From: Flammeovirgaceae bacterium UBA5867
GTDB lineage: Bacteria > Bacteroidota > Bacteroidia > Cytophagales > Cyclobacteriaceae
DNA: 52,076 nt
Assembly: GCA_002432545.1 (NCBI GenBank)
Contig: DJFR01000040.1
Span: 20,270 to 72,345, forward strand
Direction of reading: 5' to 3'
This document shows, in pieces, positions 19,357-28,969 of the stretch. The position numbers and the translations under genes are program-made. The notes beneath the pieces are model-generated. The model made no database searches. It was not told the origin of the DNA and saw only the letters and a program-made list of their open reading frames with translations. How positions within the stretch are numbered: the first letter of the stretch is position 1; each line of letters starts with the position of its first letter.

Positions 19357-19956
19357 GTGGACTTCCTACAGAATCATATTGAGGCATTGATCTTTTGCTC
19401 GCCAAGCCCTATAAAAGTTATTGATATCAAGACCTGTCTTTCTGAAATGTTTAATGCCGATGTTCCGGATGAAGACATAGCAGGAGCACTTCAGCGTCTG
19501 GAAGAGAAATTTACTGCTGAAGAATATTCCTTTCAGCTATATAAAGCCGGAGGAGGATATCAATTTCTTACCAAGCCTGCATACCAGGCAAGTATTGGTA
19601 TCATGCTGAAACAACAATCGAAGAAAAGATTATCGACCTCAGCGATGGAAACACTCTCCATCATTGCCTATAAACAACCGATCTCGAAGACTGAGATTGA
19701 AAATATTCGCGGTGTGAACTGCGACTATGCCGTACAAAAATTACTTGATAAGAATCTTATCGAGATAACCGGCAAGGCCGATACCATTGGTCGTCCGATG
19801 CTATATGGCACTACACCTAAATTCATGGAATACTTCGGGATCAATGATCTTAATGAACTTCCCGTTCCAAAAGAATTTACAAGCGAAACCAGTACAAGCA
19901 CCATTGGTGAAAATATCGACTTAAAAGAATCAGATGCCCAACCGCAGCAAGAGTAA
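19357..19956 (+). CDS. scpB: SMC-Scp complex subunit ScpB
   Basis: GTG start at 19357 (VDFLQNHIEALIF); AGGGYQFLT, LSTSAMETLSIIAYKQPISKTEIENIRGVN, GRPMLYGTTPKF. Confidence 0.92.
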   Translation: MDFLQNHIEALIFCSPSPIKVIDIKTCLSEMFNADVPDEDIAGALQRLEEKFTAEEYSFQLYKAGGGYQFLTKPAYQASIGIMLKQQSKKRLSTSAMETLSIIAYKQPISKTEIENIRGVNCDYAVQKLLDKNLIEITGKADTIGRPMLYGTTPKFMEYFGINDLNELPVPKEFTSETSTSTIGENIDLKESDAQPQQE

Positions 19957-21541
19957 CTCATCCGGGAGATCAGGAGCCCGAACCAATACATCCAGACCTG
20001 GTAAAAATTTCAAGAGCGGTAGCGACAGTGCTCCTCGCGGAGGCTATAAGAAATCAGACAGAAGCGAATCTTCGGGCAAGTCGTTCCGAAAGTCAGGTGA
20101 TTCCTTTGAAGAAAGAAGCAGCAGACCCCGTAAGACATTCAAAAGCGATAGTTCGCCACGGGGAGGCTATGCTAAATCTGACAGAGGTGAGTCTTCCGGC
20201 AAGTCATTCCGTAAGTCGGGCGATTCCTTTGAAGAAAGAAGCAGCAGACCTCGCAGAACATTTAAGAGCGATAGCGACAGTTCGCCACGGGGAGGCTATA
20301 AGAAATCTGACAGAGGTGAGTCTTCTGGCAGGTCGTTCCGAAAGTCGAACGATTCGTTTGACGAAAGAGGCAGCAGACCTCGCAGAACGTTTAAGGGCGA
20401 TGGTGACAGTTCACCACGGGGAGGCTATACGAAATCTGACAGGGGTGAATCTTCCGACAGACCCTTTCGCAAATCGAATGAAGAGTTTGGAGAAAGACGC
20501 AGCAGATCGGGAAGTGCATTTTCAAAACCCGGTAAAAAGTTTTTCAAAAGCGCTGATAAATCATCAGACTCCAAACGTGACGATGATGCAGCTCCACGCA
20601 AAAGTTTTTCTGCACGTGCAGGAGGTAAATCATCTTCTGACAAACCAAGAAGAGAAGCACCATTTAAAAAGCGATATACGGAAGAAAGCTCTGACCGCCC
20701 GTTTAAAAATTCAGGATCAAAACGATCATTTGATGAATCGGATGAAAGCCCAAGAGGTTTTTCCAGCAAACGCAAAACTTCTGGTGGACGAAAAAGTTTT
20801 AACGAGGAAGAAGAACAGGCTCCGACACAAACGAGCAAAGTTCGTCTCAACCGTTTTATTGCAAACAGCGGTGTTTGCTCCAGACGTGAAGCAGATGAGC
20901 TTATCACAATGGGCCTCATTTCAGTTAATGGCAAAACCATTACCGAGTTAGGGTATAAAGTAAATCCCGGTGACGAAGTTCGTTATGAAAGTAAGGTGCT
21001 GCGTGCCGAGAAGCCGGTATATATCCTGATGAACAAACCGAAGGGATACCTGACCACTACGGCTGATCCGCAGGAGCGTAATACGGTTATGCACCTGATC
21101 GGTAATAAAATAAAGGAGCGCATATATCCGGTGGGCAGACTAGACCGAAATACAACGGGGTTGCTACTGCTTACCAACGATGGCGACCTGGCTGATAAAC
21201 TGATGCACCCTTCATATAATGTAAAGAAAATATATAAGGTTGAACTTGATCGCCCATTAACCAAAGCTGACTTTCAGAAAATAGCAGAAGGTATTCAGCT
21301 GGAAGAAGGTAGAGCTATGGTGGATGATGTAGCTATAATTTCTGAAGATGGAAGAACCGTTGGACTAGAGATTCATATAGGCTGGAACCGCGTAGTACGC
21401 AGAATATTTGAGTCGATGGAGTACCAGGTTATAAAGCTCGATCGTTCGGTATATGCCGGTCTGGATAAAAAAGATCTGGGTCGTGGTGAATGGCGTTTCC
21501 TCAAGAGCGAAGAGATTGTTCGCCTGAAACATTACAAATAG
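19934..21541 (+). CDS. rluB: Pseudouridine synthase, RluB/RsuA family, with repeat-containing disordered N-terminus
   Basis: S4 domain RLNRFIANSGVCSRREAD; MNKPKGY; catalytic motif PVGRLDRNTTGLLLLTNDG. Overlaps the scpB stop. Confidence 0.85.
   Translation: MPNRSKSNSSGRSGARTNTSRPGKNFKSGSDSAPRGGYKKSDRSESSGKSFRKSGDSFEERSSRPRKTFKSDSSPRGGYAKSDRGESSGKSFRKSGDSFEERSSRPRRTFKSDSDSSPRGGYKKSDRGESSGRSFRKSNDSFDERGSRPRRTFKGDGDSSPRGGYTKSDRGESSDRPFRKSNEEFGERRSRSGSAFSKPGKKFFKSADKSSDSKRDDDAAPRKSFSARAGGKSSSDKPRREAPFKKRYTEESSDRPFKNSGSKRSFDESDESPRGFSSKRKTSGGRKSFNEEEEQAPTQTSKVRLNRFIANSGVCSRREADELITMGLISVNGKTITELGYKVNPGDEVRYESKVLRAEKPVYILMNKPKGYLTTTADPQERNTVMHLIGNKIKERIYPVGRLDRNTTGLLLLTNDGDLADKLMHPSYNVKKIYKVELDRPLTKADFQKIAEGIQLEEGRAMVDDVAIISEDGRTVGLEIHIGWNRVVRRIFESMEYQVIKLDRSVYAGLDKKDLGRGEWRFLKSEEIVRLKHYK
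20033..20476 (+). repeat. In-frame tandem repeat, about 3.5 units of 123-129 bp
   Basis: Units begin at 20033, 20156, 20285 and 20414 (periods 123, 129, 129) and encode PRGGYxKSDRxESSGxSFRKSxDSFxERxSRPRxTFK. Confidence 0.95.
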
Positions 21542-21551
21542 AACTTCAGAG

Positions 21552-21588
21552 AAATGCGTAAGACTATATATCTATAGCTTACGCATTT
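21552..21588. terminator. Probable bidirectional terminator overlapping the kinase stop codon
   Basis: AAATGCGTAAG...CTTACGCATTT 11-bp stem, extended by CTATA/TATAG, between convergent rluB and the kinase gene. Confidence 0.7.
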
Positions 21589-22964
21589 TCCAATATAATC
21601 GTAAAGGTACTTCCCTTACCAAGTTCAGATACCACCTCTATTGTTCCGTGCACTTTACTGAGCGCCTCCCTTACTATATATAGCCCCAGCCCTGTTCCTT
21701 CGGTATCAAGCGATGCACGATAAAACATCTCGAAGATCTTCGGTAGATTTGCCTCTGCTATACCTTTACCATTGTCTTGAATGGCAATCTTCACCACATC
21801 GTTTTCACGTTGAAACAAAACCCGTATAAAAGGATTCGGCTGATCGAGGTTGTGATACTTGACTGCATTTGCCAGCAGATTATTCAACACGATCTTCATC
21901 TGGTTAAAATCAGATTGCAATACATGACTCGCATCATGTGTATAGTCAAGCGATATCGAAGAAGCTCCCTTGTTGAATTTTATATCCATAATGGAATTGT
22001 CGAGCAGATCTTTGAAGTTTATTTTCTCGAGCTTCACATCCATTTTTTTGCTGCGCGACAGGCTGAGTATGTCGCCGATGACCATATCAAGTTTTTTTAC
22101 CCGGGCTTCAATCATATCCATAAACGTCCGCGCCCGTTCTTCTTCAAACTCCATTTTTCCTAAATAGGTAAGGCCGAGTATAGATGCTATCGGTGCGCGC
22201 AGATCATGGGATGTACTATAGAGAAAACGATCAAGTTCTTTGTTTGCTTTATCGAGGCGCGTACGTTCATCTTCCAGCAACCACATAATCATACTCATGC
22301 CCATAATGGAGATAAGCAGCAGATCAACCACACCATAAAAATTGGGCACCAGCATTTCGGTAATAAATACGTTGATGATGACGATGAGGCAATAGTATAA
22401 CTGGTAGATACTATAGAGTATAAAAGTGATGGAGAGTATACGCTGTCCGAACCCTCTTGAGAACTTTTTGTTTTGCAGCACAACAACCCCGGCTATCAGA
22501 AAACCCGCTCCACTTACAAACGTGCGACTTCCCACCCGAAGTAAATATCGGAACATGGAATCTTCTACCGTTTGGCTGAAAGCAATGACGGATATGAGGG
22601 AAACGAAGAAGCAGATGATGAGTATCGCTTTAAACTTTCTTCGGTTAAAAGCTTTTTCAGTTACAAGCTCGTAGGCACCGCGCAGTATCCAGATGATCTG
22701 CAAAAAGCAACTCATTTGTGCGAGCGTACTGATAACAAGGCGCGTGGTAGACTGGCTCTGCATGAAGAATGCCGTTACAACGCAGGTTGCTGTAATATAT
22801 ATGGCAAAGGCCAGCCAGCTTAATGCCCAGGTATATAAAAACCTTCTTCGGTAAAGAATACCGAAGTAACGGAACACGAAAAAGAGTATAATGCCCAACG
22901 TGCACTCCGCTACATATAGATAAATTAATCGTAAAGCTGTTTCTGAGAAGTTCGTTATACCCAT
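21579..22964 (-). CDS. Membrane sensor histidine kinase (multi-TM N-terminus, HisKA, HATPase)
   Basis: About 7 hydrophobic segments; H-box SHDLRAP, N-box NNLLANAVKY, G1 DNGKGI, F-box KIFEMF, G2 GTGLGL. Confidence 0.92.
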   Translation of the reverse strand: MGITNFSETALRLIYLYVAECTLGIILFFVFRYFGILYRRRFLYTWALSWLAFAIYITATCVVTAFFMQSQSTTRLVISTLAQMSCFLQIIWILRGAYELVTEKAFNRRKFKAILIICFFVSLISVIAFSQTVEDSMFRYLLRVGSRTFVSGAGFLIAGVVVLQNKKFSRGFGQRILSITFILYSIYQLYYCLIVIINVFITEMLVPNFYGVVDLLLISIMGMSMIMWLLEDERTRLDKANKELDRFLYSTSHDLRAPIASILGLTYLGKMEFEEERARTFMDMIEARVKKLDMVIGDILSLSRSKKMDVKLEKINFKDLLDNSIMDIKFNKGASSISLDYTHDASHVLQSDFNQMKIVLNNLLANAVKYHNLDQPNPFIRVLFQRENDVVKIAIQDNGKGIAEANLPKIFEMFYRASLDTEGTGLGLYIVREALSKVHGTIEVVSELGKGSTFTIILENA

Positions 22965-23023
22965 AGCGGGTGATTAATGTGATAAAATAATCAGAACAGA
23001 TCGAGAAACAAAACATAATTTAT

Positions 23024-23731
23024 TTAGTGGCACCGGGCAATTACCTGCCAGCGAAATGCCCATCGCCAACCAATGGTGAAACTGGTTGCGGAATCGCGGA
23101 GTACTTCGATTAATTCTTTTTTGGTGAAAGCACGCAAAACCGAAAGTGGCGCATCGTATTTCACCATGGCAGACTTTGAAAACAATTTTGTTAACAGGCG
23201 TATGGAGTAGTATGCTAACGGATGGCGGTGAATATCATTGACGATGAAGCCGATGTTACATTGTTTACGAAGCTGATGGAAGAAGCAGCTTAGTTGTGTA
23301 TTACTGAAATGATGATAGAACAGCGTACCGATAACAACATCGAATTTCATGTTCCGGAAATCATCGGAGAAAATATCGAGTGCCAGAAATTCTATGGTGG
23401 GCAGATCCTTTATATTCTGTTGGGCAAAGCGAATGATGTTGGGGTTTGCATCTATACCGATGAGTTTCACTGGTATACTGTTACGTGCGGCCCAGTGGTA
23501 TATTAACCGAAGCATATCACCACCGCCACAACCTAAATCGGCAATGACAAACGGTTTGCTACGATCATGATTTTTGAGAATTTTTTTGAGCGCTTCGATC
23601 GTAACAGCATTACCCCCGAGCCACGTGTTGATGAATTCAAGTTCGCGTAATGTTTGATCGACCACATCACCGGCACAATCGAGATCGTCCATTATTTCAA
23701 GAGCTTCTGATCGTGTGGCGAAATCAGGCAT
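23024..23731 (-). CDS. SAM-dependent methyltransferase associated with type III PKS
   Basis: Motif I IADLGCGGGD, GIDAN, NDIHRHP, SVLRAF; its start overlaps the PKS stop. Confidence 0.85.
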   Translation of the reverse strand: MPDFATRSEALEIMDDLDCAGDVVDQTLRELEFINTWLGGNAVTIEALKKILKNHDRSKPFVIADLGCGGGDMLRLIYHWAARNSIPVKLIGIDANPNIIRFAQQNIKDLPTIEFLALDIFSDDFRNMKFDVVIGTLFYHHFSNTQLSCFFHQLRKQCNIGFIVNDIHRHPLAYYSIRLLTKLFSKSAMVKYDAPLSVLRAFTKKELIEVLRDSATSFTIGWRWAFRWQVIARCH

Positions 23732-24836
23732 GCGGAGTATCGATTTTTAGCAGCATACTTTCCAGTGTTAAACCCGGTCCGAATGCAAAACTAAGGATGC
23801 GGGCATTGTGATCATCAGATGCTATATTCTTAAAAATCTCGTTCAGTACAAACAAAACGGTAGGCGATGACATGTTGCCATAATTTTTCAGAACGCTGTA
23901 GGCAGCCTTGTTGTGCTCTTCGGTAATGTTGAGCTCCTGCTGTATAGCTTCCAGAATTTTTTTCCCTCCCGGATGTATAGCATAATAGCGTATACCCATA
24001 CCGTTGTCGCCTATCTTCTGCATCAGAAGATTGGTAAGCTCACGAATTCCTTTTTTAATAATATCAGGCACATAAGTAGACAAGCGCATTTCGAAACCAA
24101 GATCGCCTATACTCCAGGCCATATCACGTTTACCTTCCGGAGCCAGGTCGCTGTGAAATGCTTCCAGTTTTAAGGATGGTTTTGCATGATCTGTTTTACC
24201 TTCAATCAATATAGCGGCAGAGCCATCGGCAAAGAGTGCATTGGCCAGAAAGTTATCGTCACTTGCTTCCTTCTGAAAATGGAGACTGCATAACTCTGTA
24301 CATACAATTAGCACTTTTGCATTTTCATCAGCTTTACAAAAAGCATCGGCTACTTTTATAGCATTGAAGGCCGCATAGCAACCCATAAATGTTATACTGG
24401 TGCGTTGTACCGTGGTGGGTAAACCTAAATTTTGCACAAGCTCTATATCCAGGCCGGGGGCATACATACCGGTACAGCACACCACAATAAGATGAGTTGT
24501 TTGGTGTATGTTAAACTGCGGAGCACTGCTCTGTAAATTCTTAACTGCAGCTATACTAAGATTAAGCGCATGTTCCTGAAAAACCTGAAGTCGTTTTTGT
24601 GTGGAGGGAAACGGTTCATGTTCAGGGTCGTTGGGAAAGAATGAAAATGTATCTTCTTTTCCGTAATCTTCCAATACAGTATGCCTGTAATCAATGCCGC
24701 TTGCTTTGAAGATCGTGTGAAGTTTACGGCTGTTGTAAGAATCAAGACCCATGGTTTTTTCCATGAATCGTGCAATGGTTGACTGACTGATGCGATGTGG
24801 AGGATTAGCCGTTCCGATAGCAGTAATGAAGCTCAT
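23724..24836 (-). CDS. Type III polyketide synthase (chalcone/stilbene synthase family)
   Basis: Catalytic triad: FMGCYAA (Cys), AIHPGG (His), GNMSS (Asn); ALFADG, AFGPGLT. Confidence 0.93.
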   Translation of the reverse strand: MSFITAIGTANPPHRISQSTIARFMEKTMGLDSYNSRKLHTIFKASGIDYRHTVLEDYGKEDTFSFFPNDPEHEPFPSTQKRLQVFQEHALNLSIAAVKNLQSSAPQFNIHQTTHLIVVCCTGMYAPGLDIELVQNLGLPTTVQRTSITFMGCYAAFNAIKVADAFCKADENAKVLIVCTELCSLHFQKEASDDNFLANALFADGSAAILIEGKTDHAKPSLKLEAFHSDLAPEGKRDMAWSIGDLGFEMRLSTYVPDIIKKGIRELTNLLMQKIGDNGMGIRYYAIHPGGKKILEAIQQELNITEEHNKAAYSVLKNYGNMSSPTVLFVLNEIFKNIASDDHNARILSFAFGPGLTLESMLLKIDTPHA

Positions 24837-24935
24837 TCCCTTTCTGTGATATATATAATTAAAACCTTTTTACGACATAGGAGTTCTCTACCTGTTAAAA
24901 AACTATGTATGCAGTTAAAGGGAAGGTTTTCTACA

Positions 24936-24964
24936 AAAATAACAGGCTGCTTATTAGGCAGCCT
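24936..24964 (-). terminator. Intrinsic terminator after the DinB-family gene
   Basis: AGGCTGC-TTATTAG-GCAGCCT stem with A/T runs on both sides. Confidence 0.55.
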
Positions 24965-24973
24965 ATTTTTGAA

Positions 24974-25534
24974 TCAGAATAACTTTTCTCCGGGAGGAGT
25001 AATACCTTTCAGGCGAAGATAAACTGTAGTTTGTCCCCTATGATGGGTTTGATGTTCAAATGCTTTCTCGAGGGCGGTGCCTCTGTTCATATCAAAGTTG
25101 AAGATCTTTACCATTTCCTGCAGCTGCTGGTCGGTCATTGTTTTCATACCTGCGATAACAAAATCATAGCTTTCCATTACTGCTTTTGTTACTTCGGCTT
25201 TACTCTTGGTCTTGTCTGATTTTTCAAGTTGACCAAATGCTACCGGGCTTGCCTTGCCTACCGCGGTGGCTCCTATACCGTAGTTTGCTTCGGCAATGTG
25301 CATCATCTGCTGGCCGAAGCTGCGCATCTCTGCCGTTGGTTTGTAGTTGAATGTTTCTTCAGAGGCAGCATCCAGATACTCCTTTGTGTAGGCCTTTGCC
25401 CGCTCCCAGTTCGTTGTAAGCTGGCCTACAGTTGCTGTAGAGGTGCTGGCAGATTTTTCTTTTGACGTAAAAGCAACGAGGGCAACCATTGCCATAACCA
25501 GTACGGCAGCGGTAATCAGGGTGGATTTTCTCAT
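24974..25534 (-). CDS. DinB family protein with signal peptide
   Basis: Start at ATG 25534 (MRKSTLITAAVLV); YKPTAEMRSFGQQMMHIA and HQTHHRGQ metal-binding motif. Confidence 0.85.
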   Translation of the reverse strand: MRKSTLITAAVLVMAMVALVAFTSKEKSASTSTATVGQLTTNWERAKAYTKEYLDAASEETFNYKPTAEMRSFGQQMMHIAEANYGIGATAVGKASPVAFGQLEKSDKTKSKAEVTKAVMESYDFVIAGMKTMTDQQLQEMVKIFNFDMNRGTALEKAFEHQTHHRGQTTVYLRLKGITPPGEKLF

Positions 25535-25732
25535 GGTGTTAAAATGATTTAGTGGAGTATTGAAGTTAGCAAGAAAGCACGATGAAGATATCGATGCCGC
25601 TATATTTTTAAGCGAGGAAGCGTATATACAGTTCATCTGCGTTTTCAGACGATTCAATCACACTATATTCCGGGTGGTCAAAAAAATTTTTACCTGCTAC
25701 AACCTCTTTAATACCTTCGGTGTCTATAAAGC

Positions 25733-25840
25733 ATGACCCTTAGTATAATGTTTACGAAACGAAAAATTCTTTTGATTCTGGGAATCGTTGTGGCCATTGT
25801 TATCGGCTTGTACACAGGCTTGTTTGGAATGACTGTATAA
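25733..25840 (+). CDS. Putative small single-pass membrane protein (35 aa, or 30 aa from ATG 25748)
   Basis: Translated by hand: MTLSIMFTKRKILLILGIVVAIVIGLYTGLFGMTV*. Basic patch followed by one TM helix; below the ORF-track length cutoff. Confidence 0.5.
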   Translation: MTLSIMFTKRKILLILGIVVAIVIGLYTGLFGMTV

Positions 25841-25964
25841 AAATCAATCTTCCGTACCAACCGTAAAGCTATACCGTAGCATTTTATACGCTGTTACACC
25901 AGCTACATAACGAAAAATACCTGAACGCCTCTGTGCGTTAACACAGAGAGCCCGGCATACTATA

Positions 25965-28817
25965 TTACTTTTGCTGGTCGGCTAGCTTTTTCTTCAGAAA
26001 TTCGGCTGTATAACCTTTGCCTTTCTTCGCCATCTCTTCCGGAATACCTTCGAACATTAATGTGCCCCCCTTCTTCTCTCCACCTTCTGGGCCGAGGTCG
26101 ATAATCCAGTCTGCACATTTGATTACTTCCAGGTTGTGTTCAATAACTATAACGCTATGGCCCTGATCGACCAGTGCATTTATAGCCTTGAGTAACTTGG
26201 ATATATCATGGAAGTGAAGGCCTGTTGTAGGCTCGTCAAAGATAAAGAGTATATGTCCTTCCGTTGAGTTCTTGCCCAGGAACGAAGCAAGCTTAACACG
26301 TTGTGCTTCGCCACCGCTTAACGAGTTAGACGACTGCCCGAGCTTAACATAGCCAAGCCCTACATCATTGAGTGGAAGTATCTTATCATATACAGCCTTC
26401 TTGTCGCGGAAGAAGTTTAGTCCGTCTTCAACAGTCATATCGAGTATATCGGCAATGTTCTTACCATTATACTCTACTTCCAGTATCTCTTGCTTGAACC
26501 GTTTGCCATGGCAGCTTTCGCACTTCAGAAATATATCGGCCATGAACTGCATCTCTACACGGATCTCTCCTTCACCTTCGCAGGTTTCGCAGCGGCCGCC
26601 TTCTACGTTAAAAGAGAAGTGAGAAGGTTTATAGCCGCGTTGTTTCGACAGCGCCTGGTCTGCATACAGGTTGCGTATAGCATCGTAAGCCTTTACATAA
26701 CTTATAGGGTTGGAGCGCGAAGATTTACCGATCGGGTTCTGATCAACAAACTCCACTTGCGTAACTTTTTGAAAGTCGCCTTCCATTTTATCATACTTAC
26801 CCGGAGCTTCGGCAACCGAACCATTCAATCTTCCGACAGCTGGATATAGTATCTTTTTGATGAGTGTAGATTTACCGGAACCACTTACTCCGGTTACAAC
26901 CGTAAGCACGCCCATCGGGAATTTAACCGTAAGGTTCTTCAGGTTATTTTCACGCGCACCGAAAACAGTAATCGAGTCTTTCCACTTTCTTCGAAAAGAA
27001 GGTATAGCAATCTCTTCTCTGCCGGTGAGATAATCGGTTGTATGCGATTTTATTTTTCCGTTTACATCTTTGAGTGAACCCTGGAAAACAAGTTCACCTC
27101 CGTGGCTACCGGCATCCGGACCAATGTCGATGATCTGATCGGCAGCACGCATAATTTCTTCTTCGTGCTCAACTACAATTACCGTGTTGCCCAGATCGCG
27201 AAGTGTTTTTAATACACTCACCATGCGATCGGTATCTTTCGGATGCAAACCTATACTGGGTTCATCCAATATATACATTGACCCTACCAGTGCACTTCCT
27301 AACGATGTAGCGAGTTTGATACGCTGGTACTCGCCACCGGATAATGTAGAAGTAATTCTGTTCAGCGTAAGATATCCTAAACCTACACGCGTAAGGTACT
27401 CCAGTCGTGAACGTATTTCTGTTAAAATTCTTTCGGATACTTTCTGATCATGTACCGGTAATTTTAACTTTTCAAAAAATACCAGGCTCTCTTCTATAGG
27501 CAGAAGAACCAGGTCAGTGATTGATGTATCAGCAATCTTTACATACTGCGCATCTTTACGCAAACGGGTCCCTTTACAGTCAGGACAATTTGTTCTTCCG
27601 CGATAGCGCGAGAGCATTACCCTGTATTGGATCTTATGTGTTTTTGATTCGAGGTATTTGAAGAAACCATTTATACCATCGAAGTATTCATTGCCTGTCC
27701 ACAACAACTCTTGTTGCTTTGGAGTCAACTCATTATAAGGACGATGTATCGGAAAATCGAATTTTATACCATTCTTCAGCAGAGGCTTGGCCCACTCGCC
27801 CATGGTTTCGCTTCGCCATGGAGCAACAGCACCTTCGTAAACAGAAAGAGACTTGTCGGGTATAACAAGGTCTTCATCTATACCCAGTATTTTACCAAAG
27901 CCTTCGCACGTTTGGCAGGCACCGTATGGATTATTAAAGCTGAAGAAGTTAACAGAAGGTTCTGTAAACTTCATACCATCTAATTCGAAGCGATCAGAGA
28001 AATGTAATTTACTTTGACCCTCGGCATATACTATACAGTCACCTTCACCTTCAAAGAAAGAAGTTTGCACCGAGTCTGCTATACGGAAGGTTGTATCTTC
28101 ATCTTCCGGGTTTACACTCGCACGGTCAATCAGCACTTCAATATCGCCTTCAACCTTAACAGCTTTTTTCTTTTTAGCACCTTCTGCTTCTGTACCGACA
28201 AGTTCTTCAATGAATTTTACTTCACCGTTTACCAGTATCCTGGCAAAGCCTTTACTTAACAGCAGGTTTAATTCATCAGCAAGCTTGCGTCCTTTTTTTA
28301 TGTGCAGGGGCGAGGCAACCATAATGCGTGTACCGGCATCAAGTTTATTGATAGCATCTACTACACTTGTAACAGTATCGCGCTTTACTTCTTTGCCGCT
28401 AACAGGCGAGTATGTTTTACCGATGCGTGCAAAAAGTAATTTCAGGTAATCGTATATCTCGGTGGTGGTACCAACGGTTGAACGTGGATTGCGTGTGTTA
28501 ACTTTTTGTTCGATCGCGATTGCCGGTGAAACACCTTTGATGTAGTCTACCTCAGGTTTCTCCATGCGTCCGAGAAACTGTCGCGCATACGAGCTAAGAC
28601 TTTCTACATACATACGCTGACCTTCTGCGAAGAGCGTATCAAATGCGAGCGATGATTTTCCTGATCCTGAAAGTCCGGTAATAACCACAAGCTTATTGCG
28701 CGGAATAGCAACGCTCAGATTTTTGAGGTTGTTAACACGTGCACGTTTTATGATGATATACTCTTTGGGATTCAGTTCGTCCAGATATGTATCCTTAATC
28801 GTTAATGCCTGACTCAC
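25965..28817 (-). CDS. uvrA: Excinuclease ABC subunit A
   Basis: Two ABC ATPase modules ([18 protein letters not shown]), signature motifs LSGGEYQR and LSGGEAQR, zinc-finger motifs CQTCEG, CPDCKG, CETCEG, CESCHG. GTG start preceded by AAGGAG. Confidence 0.97.
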   Translation of the reverse strand: MSQALTIKDTYLDELNPKEYIIIKRARVNNLKNLSVAIPRNKLVVITGLSGSGKSSLAFDTLFAEGQRMYVESLSSYARQFLGRMEKPEVDYIKGVSPAIAIEQKVNTRNPRSTVGTTTEIYDYLKLLFARIGKTYSPVSGKEVKRDTVTSVVDAINKLDAGTRIMVASPLHIKKGRKLADELNLLLSKGFARILVNGEVKFIEELVGTEAEGAKKKKAVKVEGDIEVLIDRASVNPEDEDTTFRIADSVQTSFFEGEGDCIVYAEGQSKLHFSDRFELDGMKFTEPSVNFFSFNNPYGACQTCEGFGKILGIDEDLVIPDKSLSVYEGAVAPWRSETMGEWAKPLLKNGIKFDFPIHRPYNELTPKQQELLWTGNEYFDGINGFFKYLESKTHKIQYRVMLSRYRGRTNCPDCKGTRLRKDAQYVKIADTSITDLVLLPIEESLVFFEKLKLPVHDQKVSERILTEIRSRLEYLTRVGLGYLTLNRITSTLSGGEYQRIKLATSLGSALVGSMYILDEPSIGLHPKDTDRMVSVLKTLRDLGNTVIVVEHEEEIMRAADQIIDIGPDAGSHGGELVFQGSLKDVNGKIKSHTTDYLTGREEIAIPSFRRKWKDSITVFGARENNLKNLTVKFPMGVLTVVTGVSGSGKSTLIKKILYPAVGRLNGSVAEAPGKYDKMEGDFQKVTQVEFVDQNPIGKSSRSNPISYVKAYDAIRNLYADQALSKQRGYKPSHFSFNVEGGRCETCEGEGEIRVEMQFMADIFLKCESCHGKRFKQEILEVEYNGKNIADILDMTVEDGLNFFRDKKAVYDKILPLNDVGLGYVKLGQSSNSLSGGEAQRVKLASFLGKNSTEGHILFIFDEPTTGLHFHDISKLLKAINALVDQGHSVIVIEHNLEVIKCADWIIDLGPEGGEKKGGTLMFEGIPEEMAKKGKGYTAEFLKKKLADQQK

Positions 28818-28910
28818 GGGGTGCTCCTTTTTATTTTATGAATTCAAAGTAAACAATCTTTCGTCTTTAAAAAATCTTTCCGCCCATGCGTGATGGCATG
28901 ATACAGTGAT

Positions 28911-28943
28911 AAAAAAGAAAACACCATCGTGAAGGATGGTGTT
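28911..28943 (-). terminator. Intrinsic terminator of the acidic hypothetical gene
   Basis: AACACCATC-GTGAAG-GATGGTGTT stem preceded by AAAAAAGAAA (U tract on the minus strand). Confidence 0.7.
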
Positions 28944-28969
28944 CATCTGTATGAAAATTTTTTTATCGA

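Noticed and set aside
20028-20951. 307-aa alternative-frame ORF inside rluB
   Set aside because: Shadow of the repetitive R/S/K/D/G codons; it inherits the repeat and shows no family motif.
25929-25948. CTCTGTG/CACAGAG hairpin after uvrA
   Set aside because: 7-bp stem with no adjacent U tract on either strand; cannot be called as a terminator.
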